Of a DNA stretch of 64,000 nucleotides, positions 55,048-64,000 are shown one piece after another. Each line of letters begins with the position of its first letter. Position 1 is the stretch's first letter. This DNA is from Eledone cirrhosa. Its lineage: Eukaryota. The position numbers and the translations under genes were made by a program. The stretch covers positions 44,330,001 through 44,394,000 of the forward strand of contig OZ024756.1 in assembly GCA_964016885.1 (NCBI GenBank). The letters are read 5' to 3'. The notes beneath the pieces were generated by a model that worked only from the letters and a program-made list of their open reading frames with translations, ran no database searches and had not been told where the DNA came from.

Positions 55048-55813
55048 CGTGAAGCCAACCTCTGAACTCAGAACGTAAAGGGCCGTACTTATATATGACA
55101 GCATGTTGTCCGACGCTCTACCGATACTGCCAATCCACTGCCCTAAAGATGTACATATAATGGTAACATCATGTTGTAATGCACTCGAGTGGGGAAACTT
55201 CGTTCAACTGAAATTGTCCAATTAAAATGGCATAACCTAAATCTGATAACGGTAAAACCTACCAAATATGATCTTAGTTCATATAACTGGCACTCCGTCG
55301 TTTGCGACGAAGAGTTTTCCAGCTGATATATACATTAAGTATGATACAACGAAGTTTCACTTTAAATGCAGTTTATTAAAAATCGACCGCTATGAACATT
55401 TCACAGATGATTAGCTTGAGATTTATATCAATGTGATAGACTTACTACAGTATCGATCTGTTCATCAGACATGTGCATTCGACTAAAATCAATTTACATC
55501 GCAGAGGCACCTAACATCTTATCAATATATTTAAATACAGGTATTTCCTGTATACAATATCTATATGATTTGTTTATATATATATAGTTGATGTGTTTGT
55601 GACGTGAAGACCAGGAAGATCACAGATGAGAGAGTACTCGATGATGCATGACGAGTTACAGAGGAAGCAGTGTCTCTCTCTCTCTCTCTGTTTGTTTTTG
55701 TTTGTTTGTTTTTTCAAAATGGAAAATATATTACACCACATACTGCCACTTTGATAGTTTGCCGTGTTTTTCTTAAGACTTTCGCGAGATTGCTTAATTG
55801 TGCAAATACATAT

Positions 55814-56845
<1,032 letters not shown>

Positions 56846-57016
56846 CAGATAGATATGTATTAATTCGTTTGATGCCTCATTTGGCTGCTTTAATGCTCAA
56901 CTTTCACTGTTGATCTGTAGTTGGTGTGTTTAATGTATTCAAATTTAAAATGGTTCCTAGATCTTTCTCCTTAGTTAACACAATCCACGTATATATATAT
57001 TCTTATTATAGGATAT

Positions 57017-57090
<74 letters not shown>

Positions 57091-57599
57091 ACATCCTGTT
57101 GGATTCTATGTTATTTTCTTGTATAACCATTTGACATATTTCTCTATGCTAAGTTATATTTAGTTTTCCAATACATCTTTTTATACCATACTTCGAATTT
57201 GTTATTTTACTCCCTGCTACATCTGTTTTGTTTTTCTTACATACTGTTTCTTTCTTTCTCTCTCCCTCTCTCGCCTCAGTCTCGCGCTTATATACGTATG
57301 TATATATATATAACAATATATGTATATTTATATATATATATATTATATATATTTATATAAGCGTGTGCGTGTGTTTGTATGAGAGATATTTTTAAATATA
57401 TAAACAGAGAGAGAGCAAGTTTAGATGAAATACTATGTAGCTTCGGAAACGTCTGTAAATCAAATATTGGTAGATCCAAACAAAACTAACATACGATTTC
57501 CGAAACGCCTGCATATTCTATCGATGTAATCAAATCTCTTGTCAAATAACAAAGCTAGAAATCAACTTTATTATTATTATCATTATTATCATTATTACT

Positions 57600-57752
57600 G
57601 GATTGGCAGCATCGGTAGAACGTCTGACAACGTGCTTTGCAGCATAGAGTTACGGCCTATTTTGTTCTGAGTTCAAATCCTGCCGAGGTTAGCTTTGCCT
57701 TTCATCTTTATCGGGTCAATACAATAAAGTACTGGGGTCGTTTTAATCGACT
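57600..57752 (+). mobile_element. SINE, abundant family
   Basis: tggcagcatcggtagaacgtc head, gagttcaaatcc, ctttgcctttcatc. Confidence 0.7.
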
Positions 57753-58696
57753 GAATTGTTTTATTCCGGGGACTGTTGAAACATAAACCTCGTTTGTTCT
57801 ATGTCAGCCTATGAACTTATCAGCCGACTCTCTTAAAAGATTTTGTTTCGTCGACTGTTCGTGTTGATGCTTCTTAGACATGTAACAGGTAATTTGTTGA
57901 CGAGAAAGTTCCCCACCATAGATTGGTTTCAATATCATCAAACTAATTCCATTAAACTGTAGCTAAGCAACAGTCCTTAAAAATAAAAGCGCCTCCTCGC
58001 CTTTTATCTGTCATTGAAAGGTGGTTAGTTTGGCGACATACTGTACAGCAGTTTGATCTACAAAGCAACTGTAAGAAATTTCAAACAGAGCAGCTAGGTT
58101 ACAGTGACAGATATCTCCTTAAAATGCCCCATTACTGAAACCCTTGAGAAACTGCATCAATTTTGAAGTAGTTCAACGAGACACGAAACCTCTATTGGGT
58201 TGTTGATAAAGAAAGCAAATGCAATACAAATGTTGAGCAGTCAGGTCAGTTGATTATAATACTAACCGAAACATACACTGTAGGAACAATATCTTCAAGT
58301 ATATATAGCTTTGGAATGGGCTACTACCGTAGCTTCTGCCCTTGGCAAATAACTGGTATTTTGCTACTCCATACAAACTCTTGATTCATCCACTGTCTAT
58401 ATTGTGCCCAACACACACAGATTCATTGGAACGAAGATATTCATAAACTGAACAAGTACTAAATACTTCAAAAGGTAGGTTTACATACATTTTTTTTATT
58501 TCATATATTAGTTTTCTCATATTTGCTTGGGTCACCTTCATACATACATATATACATAAATACATGAATGTATATATGTATGCATTCATTTATTTATGTA
58601 TATGTGTGTGTATGTATGAATGCATGTATGTGCCTGTTTATGTATATATGTATGCATGTATGAATATACATATATATATTCATACACACACAAACA

Positions 58697-58745
<49 letters not shown>

Positions 58746-58869
58746 TAAATAGATAGATATAGATATATAAATACATACATACAATATATATATGTGTGTG
58801 TGTGTAGATATTTACATACATATATATATGTGTGTACTTACGTATATATATATATAAAAATATATATAG

Positions 58870-60290
58870 ATTTTGAGTTTATGTTGGTTGTATACCAACA
58901 CCTCAGTATGCAGGCTGGGGCACTCGACGAAGTGCGCAGGTTGGTTTGGTTACTCCGGAGTAGTGTAAAATAAAGTTAAATAAAAGTCAAATGATTAAAA
59001 TTTAGCTTCGTTTATTACTGCTATATATATTTCAGTGACAGCCATCTTTGGCTGTGACCTCTTCAGGCAGTTTGAATTAGTATGGTATAGACAAGTACAT
59101 ATGTTGTTGAGGTGTATAATATTGTCAATACTCTGATATGCCCAGTTCCTTGTTGGGTTGTTATTTCACTGAGGAACTGGAATCATATGAATTCAAACAA
59201 ACGAATTTCCGTGTTAAAGGTCCTCTTCTCCTCTCATTGGTCAGTTATTAGAACATTCCTCATTCTAAGTGTTGTTATTGTTGGAGTTAGCTTAAAAAAT
59301 TGATAAAATGGTAGAAGGGACAAGGTGTTAAAGGAACAAGATAACAAAAAAAGTGTCAAACTTCCCATTGGTCAGTTCTGAGAGCATTCCTCAGTCAGAA
59401 GTCTATAGAATTCTTTCTGGGGTGAGGCTCGTTGTAGTGTTTTTGTTTGCCATTGTTAAGTACATTTGACCTCCACCATTATTTTGGTAGTGTTGTTGGT
59501 GTTGTGGTCAGCTTATATCTTGCTGTTGCTAACAATTTAGAAGTATCCAGCGTGTGTTTTTTCTTCATCCCTCCTGCCACCATTCTCATAGTGGTGGTGG
59601 GGGGGGGGGGGTTATTCCATGTATATGAAGAAATATAAGGCAATAAATGAAGAAAACAGAAAATAAATAAATAATATAATAAAATAATTAATATAATTTG
59701 TATAATTTGAAAATAAATAAATAAATAGAGAATAAAGAATAAAGAATAAATGAAAAGTTGGTGAAAAAGTAATGAAAATGAATATAGAGAAGTGAAAAAT
59801 AATGTAGGATAAAGTGTGTGTGTGCTATAACCAATCTCAAGGTCAGAAATATGTTGGATAGATTGGTATTAGGACAAGATGTTAAGATAAGATAATCAAA
59901 CTAAATGTGTTTGTGTTATAATCAATCTCAACTTAAAAATAAATATAAGGTGATACAGTGAAGAGGGCAGAAAACAAATAACAAATTAATAAAGAGAAAT
60001 CAAGATTTAAAATTGGAACTTGAAAATCAGAAATCTAGTAAATTAAAAAGTGTTTGTGTTTTATAGATGTTGGCCAAATTATAATGGCTGTGTCCGATTC
60101 TATCTTCAGGCTATCATGGTGTCTGCTCAGCCTGGGTTGTTCCCTATGGCTTGAGGGGAGTTCACAACCTAGGGTGTTGTTACTGCCCATATAGCTTGAG
60201 GGAGGTCTGGCCGAGAGGTGTTTTCATGTTCTGTAGAAGTCCCTAGAGCTTGAGGGGAGTTCACATCTTCTTGTGTTGCTACTGTCCATA
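58870..60290 (-). mobile_element. Probable Penelope-like 3' region/pLTR
   Basis: (TA)n flanks, an intact HHR about 150 bp from the end, short internal duplications, possible ORF end near 60040-60110. Confidence 0.55.
59017..59071 (-). ncRNA. Type I hammerhead ribozyme, canonical core
   Basis: ACUGC CUGAAGA GGU C ACAGCCA AAGA UGGCUGU C ACU GAAA UAUAUA UA GCAGU. Confidence 0.9.
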
Positions 60291-63037
60291 TAAAAAAATA
60301 TATATATATACAAACACACGTATGTACATTCCTAAAATACTAATTCACATTCATAGCAAGATTTAACGTTGTCCTGCTCTTTATGAAATGTGTACCAAGC
60401 GGAATTAACAATCACAGAGGAATGGATATCAGTGCCGCCATTTTGTCAGGGAAATTCCTTTTTCTTTTCTACTTCAAGGACGTCATTAGCATGCTTTTAT
60501 ATATATATACTCTTTTTTTGTTGCAGGTAGCGGCGAAATTATCACTATGAGAAGATTTATATACATACGAGGGTCAGCTGAAAAGTTCATAACCTGAAAG
60601 GTTCATAGGCTGTCCAAGATACTCTGATGGAATGACCAAATGAGGTTTATTTTACAACATAGCCCATGGAAAGAAACAATGTAGTCATTAATAAAAAAGA
60701 GTTGAAAACCCTTAAGGAGGGAAGAAGAGGCTGATGGCAACTTTGTATATGCATACATACATATGTTTATTTTTCTTACATTTTATGTTTGTGAATAATT
60801 GTGTGTATGTCTGTTTGTAGGAGTGAGTGGGTGTGGAGGTGCTGAGAACGCGAGAAAGGGAAATAATAGGATATTAAGTATCGTTGTTTTAATAGATGGC
60901 CGTATTGTTATTTATTTTTTGATAAGATTTCGTCGTTTAAATTCTACAACGTTCTGTCATACAATGGTACACGATTAGGTATGCAATTGTTTGCTGCTTG
61001 CAAATTGGAAAATCACTCGATTGGAATGTTGTTGACAGTTAATTCTGCAAAGTTAGTGTCACATGTTTAAAATATTTTAAAATAATCTAAACTATCATTT
61101 AAATGTCTTCACTGTATGAAAGAAATTACGCGAACAAAAATAAACTCAAAGTTAGAAAAAAGAATAGAAGTCATACATATACGTATGTAAATATTAGCGA
61201 TCGATTCGGTAATAAAATACACAGACCGACAACATCCCTACCAGAATGATATTCATGCCTGGTCCCGTAACTCCTGAGGGAGTCGTGGTGGCACCATCTT
61301 CACATACGAGGTTTCTAGGGCATTTATTAAAACTGTAAAAGCCTATCTTCTCTCCAGGTCTGAATACAGCAGAGTTCTTCCAGAGAAGGACAGAGAATGG
61401 AATAGAGAAACTAGTTCTAAACTAATACATATTTTCATCGACCTTGAATGGATGAAAGGCAAAGTTTATCTCGGCGGTATTTGAACTGAGAGAGTAGAGA
61501 GCTGAAACGAATATTGCAAAACATTCTAACCGACGTTCAAACCACTCTATTTCGCCAGCTTAACAGAACGATATATGCCTGGCCAATATGGAAGAATACC
61601 GGCTGAATACCACTTCATAGTCCAGTTGACATATAGAAAGCCTTACCCCAGAAGTTAGTCAGAGAGACGCGTTAAGTTAACCATTCCAGTTCGCAGAAAT
61701 CACACATGCGAGAGGCTGATAGCAGCGAATATCTAACATATTCGGGATCAAGGAAGATCGAAGGCTCTACCGTTATATATCCAAGGAAAAACCTATCGAA
61801 AATTTCCAATACGTTAACAGCTTGCAATCTTTAGCTACTATGGCAATGAAACTTGGGTCTTTTGCTAAACGCACTCTATGCCATCTTAGTGTCTATTTTC
61901 GTTATTTGTCAATATAATAATCCAATATCTTTATTTCTTTAGATTTGTGACAAAGATATATAACCACTCTTTTAATTTATATATCTTCTTTCTTCCTACT
62001 CTTTCCTCTTTGGTGTCGATGGCAAGGATGCAACAAAATTACATTTCTAATTACAAATATGCTTAAGACTTTGAAGCTATATATATATATACAGAGAGAG
62101 AAAGAGAGAGATAAATAAGTATGCATACGTACACACACATATCTGTGTGTGTGTTATATATATATATATATATTTATATATTTATATATATATATATATA
62201 TATACACACAGAAAGAGAAAGATAGAGATAGATAGATGGATTTAATTTGAGAAATTGAATTAAATCTATTCGAAATTGCTTAAGCGAAAATTGCAAAAAT
62301 TGTAAATATCCGCCGGAAAATGATTTTTTAAAGACTTTTTGTAGGTTTCTTTTTAAAATAAATTACGTTAGCAAGTTATGTAACTGTGTTCTGTTATTGG
62401 GTTCTCTCATATTTTCCTTTCATATCACATTTCATAAGTGGCCAATTGTCAGAGTCTTTAGAAATTCGAATAGAATACTTTGCAGTATTTGTTTCGGCTT
62501 TCAACTCTCTGAGTTCAAATCCATCCAGAGTCAACTTTACCTTTCATCCTTTCCAATTCTAAAAAAAGTACCAGTTAAGTATTTAGGTCGATTCCTCCTC
62601 TATACCTCTTTCTCGCTTCCATTCTCTCACGCTCTATGATTTGTCCTTCTCTGGAAGAAAGTTAGAACACATACAGACATGACAAACGTAAAAGCACATA
62701 CACACACGCCGACGAAAACGCATGCACAAACATGAAAGACGCACAACAAAATGAAATAACGACAAAATTAAATAGAAATGTAATTACATAAAAAGAGGCA
62801 CAAAATATCGATAGTCACTGAGAAGGTCACAGACTGGCGTGACGAAAGAGCTTTGATGAAAGAATAAAGATAAAGTGAAGTTATACGGTGCGTGTGTTCA
62901 ATTGGTAAAGTGACCATACCCAAATATAACAATATTGGTTTCAAAATTCAACACGATTTCAAAACAAGATTCTTGCTGAACAAATACATAAACGTATGTA
63001 TGTATGTATGTATGTATGTATGTATGTATGTATGTAT

Positions 63038-64000
63038 GGGAGAGATGACCCCTTAGCCTTTGTCAAGGCAGAATTCTAGGAGAAGGAAAACTCTGATATA
63101 ACACCTGCAACCCTGATGGTATCCAATGATGTTGACTTGTTCTTCTTTTTGGTAAATAGCATCTTGGTTAAGAGAGTGGGACTGGCTTTGTGCAGTGCCT
63201 TTGCTCACTATAAAAGCTTCACGGCACAGGCATTGCTTTATATCTGGAGATCTCTCTGCACTTGTCCTCACATGGGCCCAGCACTATGTGTCAATAATTG
63301 TCCTACCATGGGCCTAGCACTATGTGTCAATAATTGTCACAGGTGTAGTGTTTGTACCAGAGGTTTCAAGTCGCTGGCTGGACTAAAAAGTCACACTCGT
63401 TCAGCGCTTCGGTAGGGGTTATCATACATGGATGTAAAGTAGTGGCCGTACTCGAAAACGAGTTGGCAGCCACCATGTATGTATGTATGTATGTATGTAT
63501 GTATGTATGTATGTATGTATTATGTCAGGTCACCAGTTGGTGCTACTGGTAACATGTATCCCAGTACAACCTGTCTCATGGTCGGGTCGTTGGCGACTAA
63601 ACTGGCAACCCCACCAAGGTTTCTTGGTGAGGAGGGTGACTTTGGACATCCTGCAGGACTAAAAACAAAACCTGTCATAGGGCAAAGGAGCTCTTAAGAG
63701 TCAATGGCCATCCAAAATCAGTGGGAGAGATGAACCCTTAGCCTTTGTCAAGGCAGAATTCTAGGAGAAGGAAAACTCTGATATAACACCTGCAACCCTG
63801 ATGGTATCCAATGATGTTGACTTGTTCTTCTTTTTGGTAAATATCATCTTGGTTAAGAGAGTGGGACTGGCTTTGTGCAGTGCCTTTGATCACTATAAAA
63901 GCTTCACGGCACAGGCATTGCTTTATATCTGCAGATCTCTCTGCACTTGTCGTCACATGGTACCATGAGCCCAGCACTGTCAATAATTGTCACATGTGTA
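63038..64000 (+). mobile_element. Two head-to-tail copies of an internally deleted (bipartite) non-autonomous RTE element in (TATG)n
   Basis: 63038-63300 is repeated at 63723-64000. RTE 5' UTR motif ctaggagaaggaaaactctga, C-terminal zinc finger CSVCTRGFKSLAGLKSHTR, (ATGT)n tails. Confidence 0.75.

Noticed and set aside
55440-55476. CUGAUGA followed by an ACAG/CUGU hairpin on the minus strand
   Set aside because: No GAAA and no stem I or III; likely chance.

Overview
AT-rich eukaryotic intergenic or intronic DNA saturated with (TA)n, (CA)n, (GA)n and (TATG)n microsatellites. The SINE and LINE content suggests a cephalopod (octopus-like) genome; this is an inference. Most ORF-track entries are microsatellite artefacts. 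Recognisable coding remnants are all transposon-derived: a near full-length RTE LINE (22876-26165), Penelope-like GIY-YIG elements (26317-27442, 37909-39285, 50829-52370), and CR1-group, R4/Dong, Tx1-like and CRE-like LINE fragments. The main hidden signal is a dense set of type I hammerhead ribozymes (HHRs): about 18 complete or near-complete motifs in about 8 sequence families, plus half-sites, mostly in Penelope pseudo-LTRs or retrozyme-like repeats inserted into (TA)n. Highlights are a 514-bp tandem and inverted HHR array, a 5-copy family with a fixed non-canonical CAGAAGA core, HHRs with very long stem II, and a Penelope copy that has precisely lost a 754-bp GT-AG intron. All structures were folded by eye and coordinates were counted by hand.
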